A stretch of DNA of 63,224 nt, the filler included, from Octopus bimaculoides (lineage: Eukaryota): the NCBI RefSeq assembly GCF_001194135.2. It is 5 parts of 5 records of this genome, joined end to end, with 100 filler letters (N's around TTAATTAATTAA, not from the genome) between each part and the next. Parts side by side here need not be neighbours in the genome. Positions count along the whole stretch, not along the records: positions 25,317 to 38,158 come from NC_068981.1; positions 38,259 to 51,262 come from NC_068984.1; 3 more parts are not named here. The stretch is one strand, 5' to 3'. Made by a program: the position numbers and the translations under genes. The notes below the pieces were generated by a model. That model was not told the origin of the DNA and searched no databases. It was given only the letters and a program-made list of their open reading frames with translations. Positions 26,756 through 39,486 of this stretch are shown here, piece by piece. Position 1 is the stretch's first letter; the number at the start of each line of letters is the position of its first letter.

Positions 26756-26818
26756 TAATAAAATTCAGAGTTTCAGATGCCGGGGCTGAAGTCTGCTCCG
26801 ACATCTCATCAGTTATTA
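26756..26818 (-). ncRNA. Type I hammerhead ribozyme motif (PLE-type)
   Basis: Minus strand: stem I UAAUAA/UUAUUA; core CUGAUGA (26806-26812); 8-bp stem II GAUGUCGG/CCGGCAUC; one extra U; GAAA (26771-26774); stem III CUC-u-GAA with one C.A mismatch; cleavage triplet AUU. Confidence 0.75.
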
Positions 26819-27024
26819 AGACAAAAAAAGCTATGAAAAAAAAAGTTGTTGAATAAAGGGAAATTGTTCCAGTAGGCATGGTAAAAGTAATACTTCATTC
26901 ATAGAAACCACATATGGTCACATATATACACACATACATGTACGCACACACATACATGTACGCACACACACACATGTATGTATATATATATATCTATATA
27001 CATACTCACACAGGCGTGTACATA

Positions 27025-27085
27025 TACGTACAAATACAGAAAGCTCTAAAAGATAGTGGTTTTAGCGAGGAAGTAACCTATACAT
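27025..27085 (+). mobile_element. Possible tiny Penelope-like ORF fragment
   Basis: YVQIQKALKDSGFSEEVTY resembles the post-RT Y..ALK.SG(Y/F) motif I recall from PLEs. Short match only. Confidence 0.35.
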
Positions 27086-27155
27086 CTGTAATTAGTCCAG
27101 TAATTTTACATAATATCGAGGTCTCATTCATTCTTTTGTTGTCATATTATTATTA

Positions 27156-27223
<68 letters not shown>

Positions 27224-27888
27224 NNNNNNNNNNNNNNNNNNNNNNNNNNNNNNNNNNNNNNNNNNNNNNNNNNNNNNNNNNNNNNNNNNNNNNNNNNNNN
27301 NNNNNNNNNNNNNNNNNNNNNNNNNNNNNNNNNNNNNNNNNNNNNNNNNNNNNNNNNNNNNNNNNNNNNNNNNNNNNNNNNNNNNNNNNNNNNNNNNNNN
27401 NNNNNNNNNNNNNNNNNNNNNNNNNNNNNNNNNNNNNNNNNNNNNNNNNNNNNNNNNNNNNNNNNNNNNNNNNNNNNNNNNNNNNNNNNNNNNNNNNNNN
27501 NNNNNNNNNNNNNNNNNNNNNNNNNNNNNNNNNNNNNNNNNNNNNNNNNNNNNNNNNNNNNNNNNNNNNNNNNNNNNNNNNNNNNNNNNNNNNNNNNNNN
27601 NNNNNNNNNNNNNNNNNNNNNNNNNNNNNNNNNNNNNNNNNNNNNNNNNNNNNNNNNNNNNNNNNNNNNNNNNNNNNNNNNNNNNNNNNNNNNNNNNNNN
27701 NNNNNNNNNNNNNNNNNNNNNNNNNNNNNNNNNNNNNNNNNNNNNNNNNNNNNNNNNNNNNNNNNNNNNNNNNNNNNNNNNNNNNNNNNNNNNNNNNNNN
27801 NNNNNNNNNNNNNNNNNNNNNNNNNNNNNNNNNNNNNNNNNNNNNNNNNNNNNNNNNNNNNNNNNNNNNNNNNNNNNNCAACTGTATA

Positions 27889-27923
<35 letters not shown>

Positions 27924-29428
27924 ATGTATTATATTTTTCGTTTCACCTTTCTGCCAAAAATATTTTTCTGCTCTTTCATAGTTGTGTACGCTTGCGTGCA
28001 AAATTGAGTAAATGCTTTTACGTGTAAACAGAAAAAGCTCACATGCATGAACGAATACTTTTATGCGTTTGCATATGTATGTTCGTATGGGTCTCTGTAA
28101 GCATCTGTGTATGTGGTTGCATATATGATTCTTGGAGTCCAATTCTTCTTTATCTTCGCGTATTTTTTTGCTAGCTTCTTTCGTGAAGGTGGGAGTTTAG
28201 TCTAAATGTCGTTAAACGGTTATGTTCCTATCTGATTAAGAACATTTACACTTCTTTCTTTATTAATTTTTTTTTTCTCTGCAACTGAACAGTTTATCTA
28301 ATGCTTCTCGCCCAAAGAAATCACTATATCACCGTATTTTTCTGTCGAGATTATATTCATTATATGTGTACGCATCTGTGTGTATTTGTATATCTATGCA
28401 TATACGTACACATGTATATTTATATATATATAAACACACACACACACTCATATATATATATTGTATGCATACAAACGCACATAGACATGTAGGCATACAC
28501 ATATATGATGCAAATTGTCTTTCGCTTTTTGAATAAAGATAGAGGGGAACCCCCACAAACAAACGATAACTGAATACTTACATATATATCAGTGTATGCA
28601 TATATGTATGGACGTATATCAATACTTATCTATCACTACCCGTTTCTGTTGCTCTCTCCTTCCCTCTATCTCACACGTATATACGTGCGTGTATGAGCGT
28701 GTGTGTGTATGAGCGCGTGTGTGTGTGTGTATCTATTTATTTCTTGTTTACACGTATGGATAAATATATATCTATTTGTCTATTAATCTATGTATATCAA
28801 AATCTTTTTCTCACTGTCTCTTTCTCTCACGCACACTATATATACATNNNNNNNNNNNNNNNNNNNNNNNNNNNNNNNNNNNNNNNNNNNNNNNNNNNNN
28901 NNNNNNNNNNNNNNNNNNNNNNNNNNNNNNNNNNNNNNNNNNNNNNNNNNNNNNNNNNNNNNNNNNNNNNNNNNNNNNNNNNNNNNNNNNNNNNNNNNNN
29001 NNNNNNNNNNNNNNNNNNNNNNNNNNNNNNNNNNNNNNNNNNNNNNNNNNNNNNNNNNNNNNNNNNNNNNNNNNNNNNNNNNNNNNNNNNNNNNNNNNNN
29101 NNNNNNNNNNNNNNNNNNNNNNNNNNNNNNNNNNNNNNNNNNNNNNNNNNNNNNNNNNNNNNNNNNNNNNNNNNNNNNNNNNNNNNNNNNNNNNNNNNNN
29201 NNNNNNNNNNNNNNNNNNNNNNNNNNNNNNNNNNNNNNNNNNNNNNNNNNNNNNNNNNNNNNNNNNNNNNNNNNNNNNNNNNNNNNNNNNNNNNNNNNNN
29301 NNNNNNNNNNNNNNNNNNNNNNNNNNNNNNNNNNNNNNNNNNNNNNNNNNNNNNNNNNNNNNNNNNNNNNNNNNNNNNNNNNNNNNNNNNNNNNNNNNNN
29401 NNNNNNNNNNNNNNNATATGTGTGTGTG

Positions 29429-29461
<33 letters not shown>

Positions 29462-30562
29462 TTGCGCATGTGTACACATATATTTACTATATATATATAT
29501 AATATATATAATATATATATATGTATGTATGTATATATATATGAATACAAACATATTTATATATACAAGTATGTATGCGTGTATGGGAGTGTGGGTGTGT
29601 ATACTTGTGCATGTGTGTTTGTGTGCCTGGGTGTATTTGTGTACATCTGATTTCTTTCTTTCGTTATTCATTGTTTTGTTTTGTTTTGGTTTTGCTAAAA
29701 TATATTTTTTCGTTTTCAATTTTTGGCGTTCTTTTACTTTTTGATTTTCTTCTAAATGTTTTTTTGAGCACTATTTAGTTTTTAAATTTATAACGTTTTG
29801 CCAAAGAATTATATTATTTATCGGAGAAGGGAAACATACTAAAATAATGCAAAAATAAGAAAAAAAAATTCTTTTGCATTCGTATTTTTTGTTTCTCGTT
29901 GCTTTCATCATCATCATCCCCATCATCGCCATCATCATCATCATCATTNNNNNNNNNNNNNNNNNNNNNNNNNNNNNNNNNNNNNNNNNNNNNNNNNNNN
30001 NNNNNNNNNNNNNNNNNNNNNNNNNNNNNNNNNNNNNNNNNNNNNNNNNNNNNNNNNNNNNNNNNNNNNNNNNNNNNNNNNNNNNNNNNNNNNNNNNNNN
30101 NNNNNNNNNNNNNNNNNNNNNNNNNNNNNNNNNNNNNNNNNNNNNNNNNNNNNNNNNNNNNNNNNNNNNNNNNNNNNNNNNNNNNNNNNNNNNNNNNNNN
30201 NNNNNNNNNNNNNNNNNNNNNNNNNNNNNNNNNNNNNNNNNNNNNNNNNNNNNNNNNNNNNNNNNNNNNNNNNNNNNNNNNNNNNNNNNNNNNNNNNNNN
30301 NNNNNNNNNNNNNNNNNNNNNNNNNNNNNNNNNNNNNNNNNNNNNNNNNNNNNNNNNNNNNNNNNNNNNNNNNNNNNNNNNNNNNNNNNNNNNNNNNNNN
30401 NNNNNNNNNNNNNNNNNNNNNNNNNNNNNNNNNNNNNNNNNNNNNNNNNNNNNNNNNNNNNNNNNNNNNNNNNNNNNNNNNNNNNNNNNNNNNNNNNNNN
30501 NNNNNNNNNNNNNNNNNNNNNNNNNNNNNNNNNNNNNNNNNNNNNNNNNNNNNNNNNNNNNN

Positions 30563-30629
<67 letters not shown>

Positions 30630-31634
30630 TAATACTGTAACGATAACAAGCAAAATGAAAAAAATGAATGTAAACTAAAACAGAACTATTTCTTCTTGGT
30701 TCTTTAAGCAAAGTAGAAGCATTGCTTGAAACGTAAATAATTTATACGTTAGACATATATATATATACATATATATATATATAAGTGTGTGCATGTATGT
30801 ATGTGTGTATTCATGTCTCCAGTATCTCAGTGGGAGTGAGATGATCTACGTATAAATAATATGTGTACAAATGTAGGTATATACGTTTGCGTTTGAATGT
30901 TTCTGGGTGTTTATTTCATGGTGTATGTGTGAGTGATAAGTTTGGCACACATAAAGACGCGTATGCATTCAATAATAAGCACCCACAAACAAACACGCCC
31001 ACACGCGAATGTTCATACATGTATACTTGTGCGTTTATACAAGTATAAATATGTATGTATGCATGTATTAAATACATTTAATATTCATATATATATATAT
31101 TTACATATATATATTTACATATATATATATATATANNNNNNNNNNNNNNNNNNNNNNNNNNNNNNNNNNNNNNNNNNNNNNNNNNNNNNNNNNNNNNNNN
31201 NNNNNNNNNNNNNNNNNNNNNNNNNNNNNNNNNNNNNNNNNNNNNNNNNNNNNNNNNNNNNNNNNNNNNNNNNNNNNNNNNNNNNNNNNNNNNNNNNNNN
31301 NNNNNNNNNNNNNNNNNNNNNNNNNNNGTTCAGTATAGAAAACACGAATTAGCGCTCAAATGATTTTAACTTGCATTCCAAAGTTTTTATCGAGGACTAA
31401 ATCCACGGGGTAAAGAATAGCTATAAGAGGAACCCAGACGAGTTGATATGGAGGTAGTGATGCAGATGAACACGCTTGGGCTTCATATATTAAATATACG
31501 TACATATACACAAGTAAATATATATAGGGCTCTACATGTACACATTCATAACTGCACATATTTTTATATCCACAGACATATATACTTGTGTGTGCATATA
31601 TGTACGTGTGTGTGTGTGTGTGTGNNNNNNNNNN

Positions 31635-31674
<40 letters not shown>

Positions 31675-31769
31675 GTTGTGTGTGTACGTGCGTGTGTGTT
31701 TCTGTGTGTTTGTGTGTGTATGAAAGTGATACTGGCGTAAAATATACGAATCCCAGTATATCCATCATT

Positions 31770-32095
31770 ACTACCCGTCTGTTTAAGGTTGTTGAACGAA
31801 ACACCCATGTTTCCAGAGGTGAATTATCGAAACCCTAAAGAATTCCCCTCAACACATGGCTATGATGCTCCCCAACTACTTCTGCTCGTGATCAAAGACG
31901 CACATATCGCCAGCCACTAAGGGACATGCTCAACTGGTTAAGGTCAAGCAAATGACAAGAAAATCTATGATATTTAGGAGAATATTTACTGTAGCCCATC
32001 TTTTATACCAAGACAATAATGTACATGATAACCCTTCCAATCAGTGAAGATCAGAAGCCATGAGAGTTACTGCCTGGTACTGCATCAGGGCATTT
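31770..32095. repeat. Probable interspersed repeat ending in (ATT)n
   Basis: GC-richer non-coding block followed directly by a long (ATT)n tract at about 32096-32172. Recognised from recall of octopus repeats; single copy in this window. Confidence 0.45.
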
Positions 32096-32106
32096 ATTAT
32101 TATTGC

Positions 32107-32174
<68 letters not shown>

Positions 32175-32249
32175 GAAACCTCACAGCTTAATTTGCTGGG
32201 TATGATGGAAAGTGTCAACTGTCCACAGCCAGCAGACTAAGTGGACACA

Positions 32250-33250
32250 TGTTTATCGGTCATGCTTCAAGAACCCTGCGAAGAATTCTTGCAGTTCCAA
32301 ATAATACTGATTTTTGTAGGTGTTCTATCTTCACACTCGCACCAATCTTTTTTAGCCATGTTGGTAGTCGAGTGCTGATACTTCCAAGTGCACCAATTAC
32401 TATTGGTATCGTGTCTACTCTCCTCATTGACCACAACCTTCGTATTTTCAACTTCAAATCGCCGTAGTTGTTTATTTTTCTTCTTTCACATTGATCCTGT
32501 TGTTACCGGGGCACGCTACGTCGATTATCGTACATGTTCTTTCTTTTTTATTCATCACAACAATATCCGGCTTCCGATGTCTAGTCAGATGATCGCAATG
32601 GATGATTGCAAGCCACAGGAGTTTGCAATTCTCATTTTCACTGATTCCTTCAAGGGTTTGCTTATACCACGTCTTTGCTCTTTGTAGGCCGAGATTTACA
32701 AAGTTCCCAACGGATCATTCTTGCCACATTGTCATGGCGTCTTTTGTATTCGCGTTGTGCCAATTTCGAGCATTCACTAATGATGTGCTATACCGTTTCA
32801 CCACTCTCACCACACATTCTGCATTTGTCACTGTCGGTAGTGTTGTCTATTAATATAGTTGGTCATTAGTGCTTGTTCCTGAGCTGCACATATGAATGCT
32901 TCTTTCTTTATCTCCAGGTCACTCCTCCTCATCCACAACCACCTGTGTATTTGTCTTCGCGTTCACGTCACTTGCAAACTGACCGTCATTTTCCTTCCAT
33001 GCATTTTCTTCTTTTTGTGTGTGTGTGTGTGTGTTCATTTCTTCTTTAAATTTTTCTTTCATTCACAATTTTCAGTTTTGATGACGCCAGCCTTCTTCGT
33101 ATGTTTGAACAATGGTTCCTCGGCATTTTTTATATATACCACTCTAGGCTGTTTTTCTCTGCTTCAATACAGTCCTGGCAACTGATCAAACCTCTCCCAC
33201 CCTTTCTTCTGGACAAGTACAGCTTATAGGTATCACTCTTCTGAGGATGT
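32250..33250 (-). mobile_element. 3' end of an RLE-type non-LTR retrotransposon (R4/Dong-like)
   Basis: In order: LYLSRRKGGRGL, AAQEQAL, CRMCGESGETVxHIISEC (CCHC), RRHDNVA, KPDIVV...IIDVACP (PD..D nuclease), PIVIGALG...LQKSVLFGTARILRRVL. Stops and frameshifts present. Confidence 0.9.
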
Positions 33251-33555
33251 GAACATTTATCGGTTAGATTTGGTGTGATTCAAGGTAATATGCTATTCCC
33301 TCTATTTTATATATTATTATTGGTTATGTAATTAAATTTCAACGAGAAAACTTTCTAGAATATATTGGACAGGTGATAAAATACTAATCTACGCAGATTA
33401 TTCTAACGATTTCCTTATGTACAAAAACAGAAAAAGATGCAGCTTATAGTTTAATAAGCTATGTATATTTGGTTATTAGATGCTTCGATATAGAAATGAT
33501 GCCGCGTAGCGTGTTCTTACATACTGTTCATACCTATGTGTATGTGTTTCTAAAT

Positions 33556-33599
<44 letters not shown>

Positions 33600-33695
33600 G
33601 TGTATGTGTCTAAATATGTGTGTGCATGTGTATATGTGAGTATGTGTCAGTGTATGTATGTATGTAAGTATAAATATCAACCTATATTTATGTGA

Positions 33696-33744
<49 letters not shown>

Positions 33745-33754
33745 TATAGGTAGG

Positions 33755-33791
<37 letters not shown>

Positions 33792-33963
33792 GTTTTCTGT
33801 TTATGGGTTATAAATTTAAATAATACTGTTACTAGTACTACAATAAGTATTTTTATGATGATTATAATTATTATTATCATTGTTGCNNNNNNNNNNNNNN
33901 NNNNNNNNNNNNNNNNNNNNNNNNNNNNNNNNNNNNNNNNNNNNNNNNNNNNNNNNNNNATTA

Positions 33964-34007
<44 letters not shown>

Positions 34008-34038
34008 GTCGTTGTTGTTGTTGTTGTTGTTGTTGTTA

Positions 34039-34070
<32 letters not shown>

Positions 34071-34932
34071 GCTTGTATTAGTATTATTAATTCTTTAAAA
34101 GGAATGTTTAGATTTTGATTGTACTGGAGCGAAATAGATAATTTGAAATATATGCACAATCATACCTATTTCAATACATCCGACGTACAGATATTCATAT
34201 ACACAAGTATACACGTGTATACATATGTGTGTGCGTGTGCGCGCGCGCGCGCGTTTATGTATACTTGTTTGCATGCATAAGTGTATGCTTACATGTATAG
34301 ATATATTATGTGGTGTATATATGCGTGAGTGTGTGTATATATATATATATGTTATTTATATATATACGTATATATATACTTATATATACGTACATGTATA
34401 TAATATATATGCATATATGTATGTATTCTCTCCAGTTTATAATTCTATATTTTTCTAGTTTCATGTATTATAAATTTACATATGCGCATTAAAATTTTTC
34501 CCCAAATATTTTGTATTGTTTATGTGTCTCTGCCTCTATGAGAAAACCATTTTTTGGAATTTATGTTTTCATATGTCTCATTCTTTAGAAATAAATGGTC
34601 TATTGCAAGAAACAAAAATCTCAAAATAATTCTAGGAAAAAAGCATATAAGCGATGTATTGTATGAACAAAAAAATGAAAATCATAGAATTTAAAATGAA
34701 GTAAATACGACTAAATAGAAATATATCTGTTGAAATATCTGTATAAATATTATTTATACGCTCGAGTTTTTATGTATCTTATGCGTGTGTGTATAAATAT
34801 CTATCTTTGTGTGTACGTATGTGTGTAAATATGTACGTTAATATCTATGTATATATGTATATGTGCTTATAGCTACGCACGTAGACGCACACACATGTAT
34901 ATATGAGTGTATGAACGTATGCAATTCTCTAT

Positions 34933-34966
<34 letters not shown>

Positions 34967-35137
34967 TTGTGTGTATATATATATACAGACTAATAAATGT
35001 TTTTAGCTTATATTTAACTTCTCTGGTTTGCACCTTGCAGCAATATTTTCTTTATATTTATCGGTTAACAACTGAAGTATCATATTCAAATTTCTATTGA
35101 ATATATATTTCTCTTCAAGATAATTTACATACATCAA

Positions 35138-35187
<50 letters not shown>

Positions 35188-35692
35188 TAAGCAATGATGT
35201 AACCACATTCTACTCACTTTTATTTGATGTACGAAAGGAAGTCTGCTGACCGCTGCTCACGAAAGAGGTGCCCAGTAAACGGTATAGATAAAGCTGATTG
35301 TGCTTCGATGAGGGTCTAATTTGCATAGCTGCGCTTTTCGTTGTTTGTCATTCATTAAACACTGCATATACTTTTATTCGCGTCACAGCATAAACTTGAA
35401 AAACTAAAATAAATTTGCATACATTTTGTAAATATATTACATTGTATCTAAACTTGCGTATTTTTTTATTATCTTATAAAGGTTGTTTCCTAGTGGGCTG
35501 TTTCAGAGTTTGCTGACCGCTCTTCAGAGAAAATTTATCCAGTTTACTTCCCCAAGCAATAAAGCAATCATAGATTATTTTAGCACTGTGCTGGACAGTC
35601 TAATTTGTATGTTCTTTTGACTGTTCTTCATGAATTAAACAAGATATATATGTATGTGTGTGTCTATATATACATGTGTGTGTATGTGTGTG

Positions 35693-35820
35693 TGGAGGTG
35701 CAATAGCCCAGTGGTTAGAGCAGTGTACTCGCGGTCGGAGGATCGGAGGATCGCAGTTTCGATTCCCAGACCGGGCGTTGTGAGTGTTTATTGAGTGAAA
35801 ACACCTAAAGCTCCACGAGT
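35693..35820 (+). mobile_element. SINE family C head (tRNA-like)
   Basis: A-box-like tagcccagtgg and B-box gtttcgattcc; matches the reverse complement of 51565-51680; small internal ggaggatc duplication. Confidence 0.85.
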
Positions 35821-35873
35821 TTTAGCTGTTTTCACATATAATATATATATAAATATATATAAATATATATATG

Positions 35874-35921
<48 letters not shown>

Positions 35922-36542
35922 CTGCCACTATACCAATCTACAGGGGGACTAAACCAAATTGTGCTCTCTGAACAGGAATTCACAGCTAGGTTAAAATTAG
36001 CATAACCCTTGAAAGTCCTTCCATAAAAGGAAGGGTTAAATTTCATATCGTCGACGGTGTTTCCTTAGTTGATTTTGGAAGCTTTAAATTTTGGTTTTGC
36101 TTTTTCTTCTTGAGAAATAAACGTCGCAGCTTGTATGCACTTCTAGAAAAGCCTAGCTCCGTGAATATTGCGATTAATTTTCTTTCGTTTGTCCACTTCA
36201 GCAATTATTTTCTTCATCTCATCGGGATATTTTATAGCAGCCACTATAACAGCACAAGTAGATCCCCGAGTGATTTTAGTGTTGTACAGATTAAAGCATA
36301 TCTACAACTTTAAAAAAAAAATCTTTTCTAGTAACAAAAGAAAAAAATGATTTTCATCAGGAGCGTTTGTCTGTATATGTATGTATATTTGAAAATAAAA
36401 CGATGGCAAAACTACTCGGAACTGTAGAGAGAATATAATATTTATTATCTCTTTACTCTTCTTCTTATATGTATAAGTTTATCTACTTTTTCTGTTTCTC
36501 TCATTGAGCTGTGGCTATTGATGTATCAGGAGAGAGAGATAG

Positions 36543-36618
<76 letters not shown>

Positions 36619-36960
36619 GTTGGTTTCNNNNNNNNNNNNNNNNNNNNNNNNNNNNNNNNNNNNNNNNNNNNNNNNNNNNNNNNNNNNNNNNNNNNNNNNN
36701 NNNNNNNNNNNNNNNNNNNNNNNNNNNNNNNNNNNNNNNNNNNNNNNNNNNNNNNNNNNNNNNNNNNNNNNNNNNNNNNNNNNNNNNNNNNNNNNNNNNN
36801 NNNNNNNNNNNNNNNNNNNNNNNNNNNNNNNNNNNNNNNNNNNNNNNNNNNNNNNATATTTATTATCTCTTTACTCTTCTTCTTATATGTATAAGTTTAT
36901 CTACTTTCTCTGTTTCTCTCATTGAGCTGTGGCTATTGATGTATCAGGAGAGAGAGATAG

Positions 36961-37035
<75 letters not shown>

Positions 37036-37036
<1 letters not shown>

Positions 37037-37215
37037 GTTGGTTTCAAATTTTGGCAAAAAGGCCAACAAATTCGGGGGAGAGGGTAAGTCGATTATATCG
37101 ACCCCCAGTACTCGACTGGTACTTATTTTATTGACTCCGAAGGATGAAAGGCAAGATTGAGCCCAGTTGGAATTTGAACTCAGAATGCAAAGACGGACGA
37201 AATGCTGCGAGATCC
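37036..37215 (-). mobile_element. SINE family B
   Basis: taagtcgattatatcgacccccagt...ggatgaaaggca...ggaatttgaactcagaa, reverse complement of the family B body. Confidence 0.85.
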
Positions 37216-37603
37216 GATTTTTTATTTCTTCCTTGTTTTTTTTTCAGTTTTGGTAACATTTCTACCGGCTCACTTACCTTAGAGATAAATAAACATTAAA
37301 GATTAGAGCCGCCGGAAACACAACAAAACTTTTAACTGTGATACGGTGCACAAATTGTTATAAAGATATGTATGTATATATGTCATTATTCACGATTCCT
37401 AATTCAAGATTCCTTGCCAATAGAGAAAGAACCGGTTTCTAACCTAGATCCAAGGCACCTTCATTGGAATTTCAACATCAGCAGCAGAGTATTTTTATTT
37501 GTTAGTTTGTATGTATGTATGCATGCATGTATGTGCAGATTTGTATGTTCTGTGTATGTATTCTCATGCATATAGTTACACATCTAGACATGCTCATATA
37601 TAT

Positions 37604-37975
37604 TTAAATGATAAACTTCTGGAAAGTTTTACAGGTATTTACAGTTCCAGTGATGGACTGGATCTGTAGTCTTCGAATTAGCTTTCTCCTTTCTGATTTT
37701 GAGAACCCCAATTTCTCAAAATTGATATTTAGGCAGTGTGTTACATATCCAAGGGCCCCAATAATTACAGGTATAAACCTGAATTTGTAATCTGGATAGA
37801 GTAACTGCAAATTTCTCAATTGTTCAACATAGGTGTTTTCTTTTTCATTGATCTTCAGCTTTATGTTCACATCCCCTGGGCAGCTAATTTCCACAACTGT
37901 GCACAGTTTCTCTTCTCTAACCCAAATCATTATATCAGGTCTGTTGTGCTTACATTTTATTGAGGTCTTCACTTG
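37604..37975 (-). mobile_element. C-terminal restriction-like endonuclease of a second RLE non-LTR element
   Basis: Open 122-codon frame RPDIMIW...VVEISCP...KINEKENTY...FIPVIIGALG, the PD-(D/E)-K-Y layout of R2/R4-group elements. Confidence 0.9.
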
Positions 37976-38312
37976 TATATTCCACCAGTATTCCGTTTTA
38001 TTATGAATGGCTATGTATGCATGTATGTATGTTCACACGTGTGTATTTATGCATGTATTAGTGTATGTGTGTGTGTGTATGAGTGTATGAATGTGCGATA
38101 CACATTCATACGTACATGCATACAGGTAGAGCAAATAAACAAGCAGTGGTGGTTTTCTNNNNNNNNNNNNNNNNNNNNNNNNNNNNNNNNNNNNNNNNNN
38201 NNTTAATTAATTAANNNNNNNNNNNNNNNNNNNNNNNNNNNNNNNNNNNNNNNNNNNNGGAGATAGACAAACAGATAGACGGATAAATGGACAGAGACAG
38301 GCAGATACATAT

Positions 38313-38360
<48 letters not shown>

Positions 38361-39486
38361 GGATGGATGGATGGATGGATGGATGGATGGATGGATGGAT
38401 GGATAAGCAACGTCTGCGAAATTGCAACATCCTCCAAAGAAACGCTTCAGTTAGCATCATCTTCCTAGCATCATCTTCCAAGTAACATCTTCTGGCTAGC
38501 AGCAAATATATATCAGATAACTCTTCGAGAACTTAGAATGACACTCATCCATGATTATTGGGCAGAAGTTTACCTAGTACAAGATCTAAAATACCATGAA
38601 AGATAGAAAATGATTTATACTTTGATCGTTTATGCTCCTGAATTTATTCAAATATTTTATATTACGATTGACTGTAATTTACTGAACTCGTATTAATAAA
38701 TGCGTGTTTCCTAAGATGTCTTATTTGATTAAAGTTATAATATAAGCTAGGCTTTCAAGTGATTTTCTCCATAATGAAATTTATGTAATGTATTAGTGTT
38801 ACATCTTGTAAAGCGATTAAATGTTTTCCGTATAGTATTCTATTAAAAATAGTGTTTTATCTATTAGAAAAAGTTATTGGAAAGTTATTATTTCTCTTAA
38901 ATTGATTGTTGTTCTTCATCGTAAACTTAAGGTAGTTATTGTTAACAGAAATATGAATGTTTGATAATATCTATAACTTCTCGTGACATTATCTGTTTTG
39001 TGTTGGTTTAGCTATTGCTTCAAACATTTTTTAAAGCAAATATGATGGTTTAACTTAATAGTTATTTTACAAGATGTGCTTACTTCAAATAGATCATTGA
39101 CTTGTCTAAGGAAGTTCAAATATTATACTTACTACGTGTAGAAATTATATCCAAAATTCCATTAAACTGTGGCTATAAAATGTTTTCATTTGGTGTTACT
39201 TAATTTCTCACATTTTATCTATTAAAAGTTATTTTTTAAATCAGTTATTACGTTATTTTTCATAAAATGTTAGTTCTGAAATAACTGTTAAATTCGTTTA
39301 TTGCTTTCAAGTATTATTTAAATATAATCTCTATTAACTGCCCTTAAACTTATGATACTATCTTGCGTTCATAACCCATAATTAAGTTGAAGACTATGAG
39401 CATGCTACAAAAACAGACATTTCTCAAAGTGATAGTGCTCTTTTGCTTGTTATTATTTCTGGTACTTTAAATATTTGTGAATAATA

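Noticed and set aside
35486-35535. Minus-strand CTGAAGAG…GAAACAGC hammerhead candidate
   Set aside because: Stem II is poor, and there is no stem III, NUH triplet or stem I.
35693-35775. tRNA gene (also at 51600-51680 and other SINE heads)
   Set aside because: A and B boxes are present, but the cloverleaf is incomplete and each continues into a shared SINE body.
36440-37045. 190-bp direct repeat flanking a gap
   Set aside because: Near-identical copies sit exactly at both gap edges; this is most likely an unmerged contig overlap.
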